Source: Eubacteriales bacterium (lineage in GTDB: Bacteria; Bacillota; Clostridia; Oscillospirales; CAG-272). Taken from it: a stretch of 58,932 bases of DNA. The DNA lies in NCBI GenBank assembly GCA_045602325.1, contig JAZSBH010000053.1:1-58932 (forward strand), read 5' to 3'. The position numbers were made by a program, and so were the translations under genes. The notes under the pieces are model-generated. The model was not told the origin of the DNA. It saw only the letters and a list, made by a program, of their open reading frames with translations, and made no database searches. Shown piece after piece: positions 51,503 to 58,932 of the stretch; within the stretch, counting starts at the first letter, position 1, and every line of letters begins with the position of its first letter.

Positions 51503-51811
51503 TTCAAATTTGGGTTTAGCGGTCTGTTGTCTGACGGAAAATGCGGTATAACCCAAACCCCCATCCGCCGCCCGTCGCATTCGCTGGGCGGCACCTTCCC
51601 CTGCGGGGAAGGCTAATATCTTATGTTTCTGCTATACTAAAAAACTTATAGACATCAATATGTTCTTGGTTAGCAAAGAGAGCGAAAACATATATCGTTC
51701 TTGCCTTCCCTGCGGGGGAAGGTGTCGCCAGCTCCTGCGGCGGCGACGGATGAGGGTTCGGGTCACACCGCTTCCTCTGTCAAAAAACTCACCGCTAAGC
51801 TGCAATTTGAA
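51503..51811. repeat. REPIN/MITE-like foldback element, copy d (long)
   Basis: Inverted arms of about 110 nt (51503-51613 versus 51703-51811, about three quarters identical by eye). Each begins TTCAAATT...TTAGCGGT and ends in a CCTTCCC..GGGGAAGG hairpin, around an 89-bp AT-rich core. Confidence 0.7.
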
Positions 51812-51843
51812 CATTTGCAATCCGTTCAATTGAATTTAGGATG

Positions 51844-52692
51844 TTACACGGGCGTCACGGTATACACGCAGATCCCCGTGACTCCCTCCCGGGGCAGTTC
51901 CTCGTCTATGGGAATCTCCCCCTTGGAGAGGTATGCAAACTCGGCAGCAGGGAAGGTGTGGGCGGGGATGGGCTGGGTCAGACGGCGAGGAGGAGGGGAG
52001 GATACGCCGTGAACGGTCTGATCTTTGTCCAAGAGAATGTATGTGCAGGCTGCTTCGACCTCCCGCGTGCCCATGTACTCCTCGGTGACGTCAAGCCGTA
52101 CGGGGTATACGCCCTTGCGGGGCTCTTTTGCGTCTTCTCCGCTGTACAGGGGCACCACCCGGAAGCCGTCGGTGCGAAAATCTCTTTCTGCGCTGGTACC
52201 CCGGAACAGGGTGGTCTCCAGGGTGTAGGAAAAGGAGTGGAAATCCCGCCCGGGACGGAAGCACAGGTACTTCTCCATGCCGCGCACGAAACCTTGGACG
52301 GTTTGCTTTTCCTGCCCCAGCACCCGCCCGGCGACGTTTAGGTAGGTGACGGTGACCGTGACCGTGACGTCGTACATGTTTTTGGCGCAGTTGGCCAGGC
52401 ATAGGAGAGCCATACATTCCTCACCGAAGGTGCATTTCTTTTCCTGCACCCGGAATCCTTTGACCATGACGTAATCGGGGGGCGTTTCCTTGCGGTTGCG
52501 TAGGTTGATCACGTCGTGGGCGGCAACGGCGATGAAGGCAATGATGAGCCAAGGGGCGGCTTGCCGGTACATGGCACCGAGCGGTCCGAGGTTGTCACGA
52601 GCCTTGCCTGTGCTTTGCAGATACAGTTCAAATCCCACGAGAAGAAGCAAAAAGACGGCGGCGATGATGATGTGTTTGGTTCGTTTTTTCAT
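51844..52692 (-). CDS. Membrane protein, unknown function
   Basis: 282 aa with AAGGAAC upstream of the ATG. Two N-terminal TM helices. Last gene of a three-gene minus-strand operon. Confidence 0.6.
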   Translation of the reverse strand: MKKRTKHIIIAAVFLLLLVGFELYLQSTGKARDNLGPLGAMYRQAAPWLIIAFIAVAAHDVINLRNRKETPPDYVMVKGFRVQEKKCTFGEECMALLCLANCAKNMYDVTVTVTVTYLNVAGRVLGQEKQTVQGFVRGMEKYLCFRPGRDFHSFSYTLETTLFRGTSAERDFRTDGFRVVPLYSGEDAKEPRKGVYPVRLDVTEEYMGTREVEAACTYILLDKDQTVHGVSSPPPRRLTQPIPAHTFPAAEFAYLSKGEIPIDEELPREGVTGICVYTVTPV

Positions 52693-52710
52693 AACAGTAG
52701 GTTCCTTGAA

Positions 52711-53190
52711 TCAGACGATCTTATCCTTCAAATACGCTCTATGTACGATCAGCCAGGATGCGGCGTCCAGGACGATGAAAAGCACCACGCAACCGATCAG
52801 CATAAAGGCTGTGAATACAGGGGTGCTGAAAATGATGCGGCCGCCTATGACGCACAGGATCACCAGATACGTACAGAACACCGCGATCTCCATCAGGAAG
52901 CTCTTGGTGCGGAACAGCTGTTTGATATCATGTCCTACGCGTAAATGAAACGTCTCGCTGGCATTTCGGTAGATTTTGGAGAGGTCACGGTCATTCTTGC
53001 GCACCTTGATGCTGACTCCAAAGGCGATGAGGGTGGGAACACCCAGCAGGATCAGATTTTGCACGAGAGGAACGTCCTTGAAGAAATTGGCCAGAGTGAC
53101 CAACAAAAAGGAGCCGAAGAAGTAGATGCCCAAAATGATGGCGGCGTATTTGATACTCTTTTTCAGAGTGCGGAGGTAAAGTTTGAACAT
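52711..53190 (-). CDS. Small 4-TM membrane protein, tandem paralog 2
   Basis: 159 aa, starting MFKLYLRTLKKSIKYAAI. AAAGGAGA upstream of the ATG. Paralogous along its full length to 53219-53695. Confidence 0.6.
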   Translation of the reverse strand: MFKLYLRTLKKSIKYAAIILGIYFFGSFLLVTLANFFKDVPLVQNLILLGVPTLIAFGVSIKVRKNDRDLSKIYRNASETFHLRVGHDIKQLFRTKSFLMEIAVFCTYLVILCVIGGRIIFSTPVFTAFMLIGCVVLFIVLDAASWLIVHRAYLKDKIV

Positions 53191-53218
53191 GAGCGTCTCC
53201 TTTCACACATATGTGATT

Positions 53219-53695
53219 TCAAATTTTATTTTTCAGATAGATCCTGTGAACCAACAACCAGGATACCGCGTTTAAAATAATAAATAAGATCACTGAACAA
53301 ACAATTATTATGATATTTCGCACCGGAGTTCCGCGGATAATGCGATAACCTATGACATATAAAAGAGCAAGGTAATGGCAGAACACCAGCAACTCAATCC
53401 AAAAACTTTTGGAGTGGAATATTCTCTTCAGATCTTCACCCACACGCAGTTTATCGGTATCACATGATTTTTGATAGGCTCGCTCAACATCGTAGTAATT
53501 CTGTCTGGCATCAATACTGACGATAAATGTTACCACGATAGGAGTTCCAACCGTAATGAGAAGGGATATGGCGGGGAACTTCAAAAAGAATGAGGAAACA
53601 ACGTACAGTAGTGCGCCGCCAAGAAAGCACACTCCTCCAAAAATACCGACATAGCGGATGCTTTTTACCAGCGTGCGCAGGTAGATCTTAAACAT
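53219..53695 (-). CDS. Small 4-TM membrane protein, tandem paralog 1 (lower GC)
   Basis: 158 aa from the internal Met MFKIYLRTLVKSIRYVGI, preceded by GGGAGAA. The track ORF start at 53821 is over-extended. Confidence 0.6.
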   Translation of the reverse strand: MFKIYLRTLVKSIRYVGIFGGVCFLGGALLYVVSSFFLKFPAISLLITVGTPIVVTFIVSIDARQNYYDVERAYQKSCDTDKLRVGEDLKRIFHSKSFWIELLVFCHYLALLYVIGYRIIRGTPVRNIIIIVCSVILFIILNAVSWLLVHRIYLKNKI

Positions 53696-53865
53696 AGTAG
53701 GTTTCTCCCTGTAATCCATTCTACAGGCCACGCCTGTATTTACTATACCGTTTTTCTGTGTCCAAATCTTACACTCCCCCGTAAATTTTTTGCCATGCGA
53801 TGAATTTCTGTCAAATCCCACAAAAACAATTCTCTACATTTGTTGAATATCGTTTTTTTCCATCT

Positions 53866-53894
53866 TTTCAAAACGGCCTTTTCTGTGATATAAT
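53866..53894 (+). promoter_or_regulatory. Sigma-A type promoter of typA
   Basis: TTTCAA, 17 nt spacer, TATAAT with an extended TGa. Confidence 0.55.
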
Positions 53895-53950
53895 GTAGGA
53901 TGGTAAAATGAAATATCGGGCGCAGCTTCCCTAAGCCGAATCAAAACTTT

Positions 53951-53997
53951 TTTGAAAGTTTTTGAGGATCGTCGACCGGGGTTTGGGGCAGCGCCCC
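53951..53997 (+). repeat. Leader repeat shared by typA and fmt
   Basis: TTTGAAAGTTTTTGAGG...CGGGGTTTGGGGCAGCGCCCC. Compare 30051-30100. Confidence 0.7.
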
Positions 53998-54016
53998 AAG
54001 AAAGAAGGATAAAACA

Positions 54017-55861
54017 ATGGTTCGTAACGACCTCCGCAACGTAGCCATCATCGCCCACGTTGACCACGGCAAGACCACCCTGGTGGACGGGCTTCTCAAG
54101 CAGGGCGGCATCTACCGCGACAACCAGGACACCGTGACCTGCGTCATGGACTCGGGGGCTCTGGAGCGTGAGCGCGGCATCACCATTCTGGCCAAGAACA
54201 CCGCCGTCCACTACAAGGACAAGAAGATCAACATCATCGACACCCCCGGCCACGCCGACTTCGGCGGCGAGGTGGAGCGCGTCTTGAAGATGGTCAACGG
54301 CGTTATCCTTCTGGTGGACGCCGCCGAGGGTCCCATGCCCCAGACCCGCTTCGTGCTCCAGAAGGCACTGGCCCTCAACCACCGCGTCATCGTCTGCATC
54401 AACAAGATCGATAAGCCCGACGCCCGCCTCGGCGAGGTGGAGGACGAGATCCTGGAGCTGCTCATCGACCTGGACGCCTCGGACGAGCAGCTGGATTCTC
54501 CCATGCTCTACTGCTCGGGCCGCGACGGCACCGCTTCCTTTGATCCCGACCATCTGGGCGAGGATCTCACCCCCCTCTTTGAGACCATCGTGGACTACAT
54601 CCCCGCCCCCGAGGGCGACGAGAACGGTCCCCTCCAGCTTCTGGTCTCCTCCATCGATTACAGCGACTACGTGGGTCGTATCGGCATCGGTCGTATCGAG
54701 CGCGGCTCCATTAAGGTGGGGCAGGAGGCCATGATCTGCAACTACCACTCGGGCGCCGCTCCCCGCAAGACCAAGATCGTCACCGTCATGCAGATCGACG
54801 GTCTGGTGCGTAAGCCCGTGGAGGAAGCCACCATGGGTGATATCGTCTGCTTCTCGGGCGCGGGTGAGATCACCATCGGTGATACCGTCACCGCCGTGGA
54901 CTGCCCCGAGCCCTTGGAGTTCGTCAAGGTCTCCGAGCCCACCCTAGAGATGACCTTCGCGGTCAACGATTCCCCCTTGGCCGGTAAGGAGGGTAAGTTC
55001 GTCACCTCCCGCCAGATCCGCGACCGCCTCTACCGTGAGCTGCTCAAGGACGTCTCCCTCCGGGTCAGCGACGGCGAGACCACCGACGAGTTCCGGGTGG
55101 CAGGCCGCGGCGAGATGCACCTATCCATCCTCATTGAGACCATGCGCCGTGAGGGCTTCGAGCTGACCTGCTCCAATCCCCGGGTGCTCTACAAGGAGAT
55201 CGACGGGGAGAAGTGCGAGCCCATGGAGCACATCACCCTGGACGTACCCAACGACTACGTGGGTCCCGTGGTGGAGAAGCTGGGTCAGCGCAAGGGCGAC
55301 CTGCTGGAAATGACCCCCCTGGGCTCGGGCAACCGTATGCGCATCGAGTACAAGATCCCCACCCGTTGCCTCTTCGGCTACCGCTCCGAGTTCCTCACCG
55401 CCACCCACGGCGAGGGCATCATGAATACCCTGTTCGCCGGCTATGAGCCCTACCGCGGCGAGGTCGTGATGAGATTTACCGGCTCCCTGGTGGCCTCCGA
55501 GGCGGGCGAGACTACCCGCTACGGTCTCTACAAGACCCAGGAGCGCGGCCAGATGTTCGTCGGCCCCCAGACCCAGGTCTATGAGGGCATGATCGTGGGC
55601 GAGAACCCCAAGAACGACGATATCGCCCTCAACCCTTGTCAGACCAAGCACATGACCGCCGTCCGCTCCACCGGCGCGGATGAAAAGCTGCTCCTGACTC
55701 CCCCCCGGATCTTCACCCTGGAGGAGGCCATCGAGTACATCAACGACGATGAGCTCATTGAGGTCACCCCCAAGTCCATCCGTCTTCGCAAGGTGATTCT
55801 GGACACCGAGACCCGCATGAAGGAAATGATGAAGAAGCGGAGAGCCCTGCAGGGGAAGTAA
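54017..55861 (+). CDS. typA: Translational GTPase TypA/BipA
   Basis: [30 protein letters not shown] and NKIDK G-motifs. About 614 aa with an EF-G-like domain order. Confidence 0.96.
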   Translation: MVRNDLRNVAIIAHVDHGKTTLVDGLLKQGGIYRDNQDTVTCVMDSGALERERGITILAKNTAVHYKDKKINIIDTPGHADFGGEVERVLKMVNGVILLVDAAEGPMPQTRFVLQKALALNHRVIVCINKIDKPDARLGEVEDEILELLIDLDASDEQLDSPMLYCSGRDGTASFDPDHLGEDLTPLFETIVDYIPAPEGDENGPLQLLVSSIDYSDYVGRIGIGRIERGSIKVGQEAMICNYHSGAAPRKTKIVTVMQIDGLVRKPVEEATMGDIVCFSGAGEITIGDTVTAVDCPEPLEFVKVSEPTLEMTFAVNDSPLAGKEGKFVTSRQIRDRLYRELLKDVSLRVSDGETTDEFRVAGRGEMHLSILIETMRREGFELTCSNPRVLYKEIDGEKCEPMEHITLDVPNDYVGPVVEKLGQRKGDLLEMTPLGSGNRMRIEYKIPTRCLFGYRSEFLTATHGEGIMNTLFAGYEPYRGEVVMRFTGSLVASEAGETTRYGLYKTQERGQMFVGPQTQVYEGMIVGENPKNDDIALNPCQTKHMTAVRSTGADEKLLLTPPRIFTLEEAIEYINDDELIEVTPKSIRLRKVILDTETRMKEMMKKRRALQGK

Positions 55862-55927
55862 TCGCAAGGAAAAAGACATGGTCGGTTCTCTCTGCATTTT
55901 TAGCAGCGAAATGGCAGTCACAAAAAT

Positions 55928-55965
55928 ATCGGCAGAGAACTTGTTTTCTCTGCCGATTTGTGTTA
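55928..55965 (+). terminator. Rho-independent terminator of typA
   Basis: 12-bp stem ATCGGCAGAGAA/TTCTCTGCCGAT followed by TTGTGTT. Confidence 0.8.
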
Positions 55966-55969
55966 TAAT
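55941..55969 (+). promoter_or_regulatory. Candidate sigma-A promoter of the AT-rich gene, embedded in the typA terminator
   Basis: TTGTTT, 17 nt spacer, TATAAT. Confidence 0.4.
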
Positions 55970-55983
55970 GGTGCTAACAAAAA

Positions 55984-56066
55984 GCCTCCCTCCGGGAGGG
56001 AGGCCTTAGGATGCGCGTACCCTTAGGGGGATGGGCTTTGCCCTGTGCCTTTGTAAATACAAAGGC
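55984..56066. repeat. Cluster of GC-rich hairpins at the left edge of the AT-rich islet
   Basis: GCCTCCCT/AGGGAGGC (also present inside repeat copy b), a CCTTAGG direct repeat, GGGC-TTT-GCCC, and GCCTTTGTA/TACAAAGGC. Confidence 0.7.
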
Positions 56067-56099
56067 GAAACTGGCGATAAAGCAGAGCAATGGATAAGA

Positions 56100-56999
56100 A
56101 TGCTTATATACGGGGGTGGTGTAATTTTGGATAAAGAAATATTAGGAAAACTGTTGACAGTTTCTTTGACAAAATATAATTTTAAAAATTATGGTTCAAA
56201 ACTTTTTTATTTGGAGTTGAAAGATTCTATTATTATCTTGAAACAAACCGTGTACAATGGTGGAGCAGAAATATATTTAAGCATTATCATAAAAGAATGT
56301 CATCCCGAAATCGGCAAGATTACTAAAAATGTTCTAAATGATTGTTTGTTGATAGATACATATACTTCTAATAAATTGTTTTACAAAACGCTTGACGGCT
56401 ATCATTGGAATTTTTCCGATATAGACACAGAAGAATTCGATAAAACGATAGATGGATTTTATGATGAAAATATAAAGCCTTTTGAAATAGGTTATCATAA
56501 CGGCATAGAGCATTACAACGAGCTATATTCAAAAATCAACTATGGGCATCAAATCAAATTATTTAAGGATTCTGCCGAAAAAGTAAACCATCCTGAACTT
56601 GCTTCACACATAGGTCACGAATGGTTTTTATCGGATTATTATTACCTTGTATATGGGTGTAACATCGATTCAAGATTTGTTAATTCTAATACCGAAAAGT
56701 ACATCATTGAAAATGTTATAGAAAAATCTCCTGAAGAATTAAAGAGCAAGGATTTGACGAAATGGCGTAACGAGCGTTGCAAGGAAATATTTATCTCCAA
56801 AAAAATGTGGCGCAGATTTGGATATGGAATTACATTCCCTTTCATTGACGGAAAGCCTCTGAAATTTTTCGATACTGATATAAAAAACGGAAAACCAATA
56901 CAAATATACATAAACGAGGAAACCGGTGAAATATATCATTGCGTAATTATAGACAAGTCTAATCCAAATGGTGTAAAATATGAAATTTACAAAGCTTAA
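56100..56999 (+). CDS. AT-rich hypothetical protein (likely horizontally acquired)
   Basis: The open frame runs to 56999 and its composition is strikingly AT-rich relative to neighbours. The start is uncertain: ATG at 56100, or TTG at 56127 after GGGGGTGG. No motif I recognise. Confidence 0.55.
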   Translation: MLIYGGGVILDKEILGKLLTVSLTKYNFKNYGSKLFYLELKDSIIILKQTVYNGGAEIYLSIIIKECHPEIGKITKNVLNDCLLIDTYTSNKLFYKTLDGYHWNFSDIDTEEFDKTIDGFYDENIKPFEIGYHNGIEHYNELYSKINYGHQIKLFKDSAEKVNHPELASHIGHEWFLSDYYYLVYGCNIDSRFVNSNTEKYIIENVIEKSPEELKSKDLTKWRNERCKEIFISKKMWRRFGYGITFPFIDGKPLKFFDTDIKNGKPIQIYINEETGEIYHCVIIDKSNPNGVKYEIYKA

Positions 57000-57032
57000 T
57001 GGGATTTATTGAATCACGTTTCCAAATAACAA

Positions 57033-57072
57033 CCCCGACAGACCTCCAAAATCTGTCGGGGTTAATTATTTA
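57033..57072 (+). terminator. Rho-independent terminator of AT-rich gene
   Basis: CCCCGACAGA/TCTGTCGGGG stem followed by TTAATTATTT. Confidence 0.75.
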
Positions 57073-57094
57073 CTGCAGAACATTTTTCCTATCC

Positions 57095-57142
57095 GTAGGG
57101 GCGTTCTGTGAACGCCCGCGGGCGAACGCAGTTCGCCCCTAC
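57095..57142. repeat. Compound GC-rich hairpin repeat at the right edge of the AT-rich islet
   Basis: Outer stem GTAGGGG/CCCCTAC encloses GGGCG-N9-CGCCC and GGGCGAA-CGCAG-TTCGCCC. Shares CGCCCGCG..GAACGCA with the interior of repeat copy a. Confidence 0.75.
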
Positions 57143-57244
57143 CGTGCGTTATACAATTTCTCCGCTAGGAATATCTCTCCTTGGCCATGTCTTTTATGTG
57201 CTCAAATACAAACAATGGTTGTATCTGAAACAACTATTTGCTAA

Positions 57245-57273
57245 TTGTTTTTTCAGATGATGTATGCTATAAT
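57245..57273 (+). promoter_or_regulatory. Sigma-A type promoter of second HTH/TPR regulator
   Basis: TTGTTT, 17 nt spacer, TATAAT. The ATGCTATAATG context matches the paralog promoter at 31980-32008. Confidence 0.5.
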
Positions 57274-57313
57274 GACATTACACCGGTGAAACATATTGCA
57301 AGGAGGAACTTTT

Positions 57314-58474
57314 ATGCAACTGAATTTAGGAACCAAGATCCGCGAGCTTCGCCGCCGCGACGGGCGCACCCAGGAAGCTCTGGCAGAGGCGCTGGGCGTG
57401 ACCTCCCAGGCGGTATCTCGCTGGGAGTCGGGCGGGAGCTACCCCGACATGGAGATCATGCCGTCTATTGCCAATTATTTTGGGGTGAGTATTGACGAGC
57501 TGTTCGGGTATCACAGTACGCGGGAAAGAAAGATCGATGCCATCATCAAAAAAGTAGAGGCGTACAATTTAAGATACAGAGCTGACGGAGAATGGTTTGA
57601 CGAATGCATCTCCATTCTTCGTGAGAGTCTTGCGGAATTCCCGAAGAACGAACGACTACTTCTGGCTCTGGCCGACGTGCTCTCGGAGGCGGGATGGAGG
57701 CGCGACGGAGAAAGGCTCTACTATGATGACGAAGGGTATATGCAGCACGATCACGAAAAGCACAGACAAAACAACGCTTGGGCGGAGTCTGTCAAGATCT
57801 GCGAATATCTGGTTGACAATGCCGAAAACAACTCGACTGTGACAAAGGCTATATCGATTCTGGTGTTGCTATACAGAAATATCGGTGAATACGATAAGGC
57901 GATCTCCTATGCAGAGCGAATGCCTGAACTGCAAAAATGCCGCGAATATCTGCTCACCGATGCAACCGACGGAAAACAAGAGGCAGAATACATCGGAGAA
58001 TTCCTGCTCAAATCTGCCAAGGAATTCTCCGAGCAGCTTGTTTTTGGCTTGATCGTGAACCTGAACAATTTCAATACCGATATGCCTATTTGGAAGGTCA
58101 AGGGTGCAATCGGCATATTCGATTTGATCTGCGATGATGGGAACTTGGGCGCATATCATAATTTCGTATCCAAGCTGTATCTCTATCTTTCAAGATTACA
58201 ATGGGAACGGGGGTATCATGAGGATGCCTTTGCTTCACTGGATGATGCACTGAAGCACGAAAGAGCGTACGAAAAACTTATGGATGGCGAGGAGCATACA
58301 CTCACGGCATCGCTGGTGTCATTTGTGAAATATCGTATTGACGCTCCTGAGGGCTCCGTCAAGGAACTCCCCTTTGATTGGCCATTCTGGTGCTATCCCG
58401 ATTTTGATCAGGTCGAGAAAGAAATCAAGGCTGATCCCCGATGGAATGAGTGGGTCGCAAGAACCCAAGCATAA
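57314..58474 (+). CDS. XRE-family HTH regulator with long helical (TPR-like) C-terminal domain, paralog
   Basis: IRELRRRDGRTQEALAEALGVTSQAVSRWESGGSYPDMEIMPSIANYFGVSIDELFG, with AGGAGG upstream of the ATG at 57314. Confidence 0.8.
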   Translation: MQLNLGTKIRELRRRDGRTQEALAEALGVTSQAVSRWESGGSYPDMEIMPSIANYFGVSIDELFGYHSTRERKIDAIIKKVEAYNLRYRADGEWFDECISILRESLAEFPKNERLLLALADVLSEAGWRRDGERLYYDDEGYMQHDHEKHRQNNAWAESVKICEYLVDNAENNSTVTKAISILVLLYRNIGEYDKAISYAERMPELQKCREYLLTDATDGKQEAEYIGEFLLKSAKEFSEQLVFGLIVNLNNFNTDMPIWKVKGAIGIFDLICDDGNLGAYHNFVSKLYLYLSRLQWERGYHEDAFASLDDALKHERAYEKLMDGEEHTLTASLVSFVKYRIDAPEGSVKELPFDWPFWCYPDFDQVEKEIKADPRWNEWVARTQA

Positions 58475-58489
58475 TCTGCGTTCTGCTTT

Positions 58490-58520
58490 AAGCCCCGCCT
58501 TGGCGGGGCTTATCCCATTT
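58490..58520 (+). terminator. Hairpin between convergent genes
   Basis: AGCCCCGC/GCGGGGCT stem with a weak T-run (TATCCCATTT). Confidence 0.4.
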
Positions 58521-58932
58521 CAGGGAGTAAATACATGCCTCTCCACCCACCCGCACCCCGCGCACACGGGAATCGAGAGCAGAACCCACCGCACTGAGGC
58601 GTAGAGGCTGATCTGCCCCCACAGGTGGACGGCGTGTCCCGAATAGTCCCAGATGCCGAGATGCAGGCGGAGGTTGAGCAGATACCCAGCCGCCAGCTCC
58701 ACCGCCGTGATGATTGCCGCAGCCGGTAAAGCACGAAGTAAGAGGGGGGCTTGACGCAGGCGGCGGTTCATATAATAGATGGCCAAAAGGCACACCCCGC
58801 CGCAGACCGCCATGGTCCAATGGGAAAAACCCCGCAGGAGGACTTCCAGGAGATAGTAGAGCGCGCCCCCCGCTGAGAGCAGGAATACGGGGGCGGCAAA
58901 GCGGGAGGGGGAAGAAGGGGGAGTGTGGGTCA
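58520..58932 (-). CDS. Membrane protein of the putative ABC-transporter type IV (CmpB-like) family, 5'-truncated by window edge
   Basis: The frame stays open upstream of the track Met to the window end (…LYYLLEVLLRGFSHWTMAVCGG…). The GIWDYS motif is typical of that family as I recall it. Confidence 0.55.
   Translation of the reverse strand, partial: THTPPSSPSRFAAPVFLLSAGGALYYLLEVLLRGFSHWTMAVCGGVCLLAIYYMNRRLRQAPLLLRALPAAAIITAVELAAGYLLNLRLHLGIWDYSGHAVHLWGQISLYASVRWVLLSIPVCAGCGWVERHVFTP

Noticed and set aside
51632-51829. 65-aa ORF inside repeat copy d; also 3520-3915, 3623-3847 and 8649-9650
   Set aside because: These lie within or across repeat elements and intergenic hairpins, or antisense to a lipoprotein gene. 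None has an RBS, and the products are Arg-rich low-complexity.
52346-52370. GTGACC/GTGACG microsatellite
   Set aside because: It is short (about 4 units), in frame, and simply encodes VTVTVTVT within the 282-aa membrane protein. There is no evidence of a regulatory role.
56031-56099. N-terminal extension of the AT-rich ORF (MGFALCLCKYKGETG...)
   Set aside because: This part is GC-rich hairpin repeat DNA with no RBS. The compositional break and the RBS-like GGGGGTGG favour a start at 56100 or 56127. Similar over-extensions were trimmed for efp, sigma A, yicC, fmt, feoA, yccF, metH and 53219-53695.
1-58932. Searched intergenic gaps for tRNA, rRNA, tmRNA, RNase P, and riboswitch or T-box leaders (notably upstream of metF, metH and the feo and ABC genes)
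   Set aside because: I saw no cloverleaf-compatible segments, no rRNA-like conserved blocks, and no leaders long or structured enough beyond the hairpins already listed. A covariance-model scan would be needed to exclude small ncRNAs.

Overview
GC-rich Firmicutes (Clostridia-type) chromosomal segment. The gene order and repeat families look like a gut anaerobe of the Oscillospiraceae/Ruminococcaceae type, but that taxon call is inference only. I support about 49 protein-coding genes and found no rRNA, tRNA or CRISPR array. The housekeeping backbone is efp, yicC-remA-rpoZ-priA, def-fmt-Zn-peptidase, a feoA-feoB operon, yccF, metF-metH and typA. Accessory content sits between these genes. (1) Four paralogous two-gene cassettes each encode a ~183-aa ECF-like sigma-70 factor whose stop overlaps (ATGA) the start of a single-pass membrane protein. 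That partner has a very short cytoplasmic N-terminus and a large external domain, which is BspA-type leucine-rich repeats in three of the four. This is my best candidate for an uncharacterised multiplexed surface-sensing system. (2) About 21 kb is wedged into the normally contiguous priA-def-fmt cluster. It carries one cassette, surface and intracellular glycoside-hydrolase-like proteins, and a GldA/F/G-like ABC cluster with two GldG paralogs and a DUF4340 protein. (3) Several intergenic repeat families are present: four REPIN/MITE-like foldback elements with TTCAAATTTGGGTTTA...CCGATAAACTGCAATTTGAA termini, GC-hairpin plus GAAAGTTTTTGA palindromes around def, fmt and typA, a 55-bp promoter duplication, a near-duplicate of the priA 3' end, and a heptamer array. 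(4) There are low-GC islets. (5) A perfect sigma-A promoter for feoA abuts a 12-bp inverted repeat. Many long ORFs in the track are antisense shadow ORFs and are rejected. All function calls come from reading motifs by eye, with no database search.
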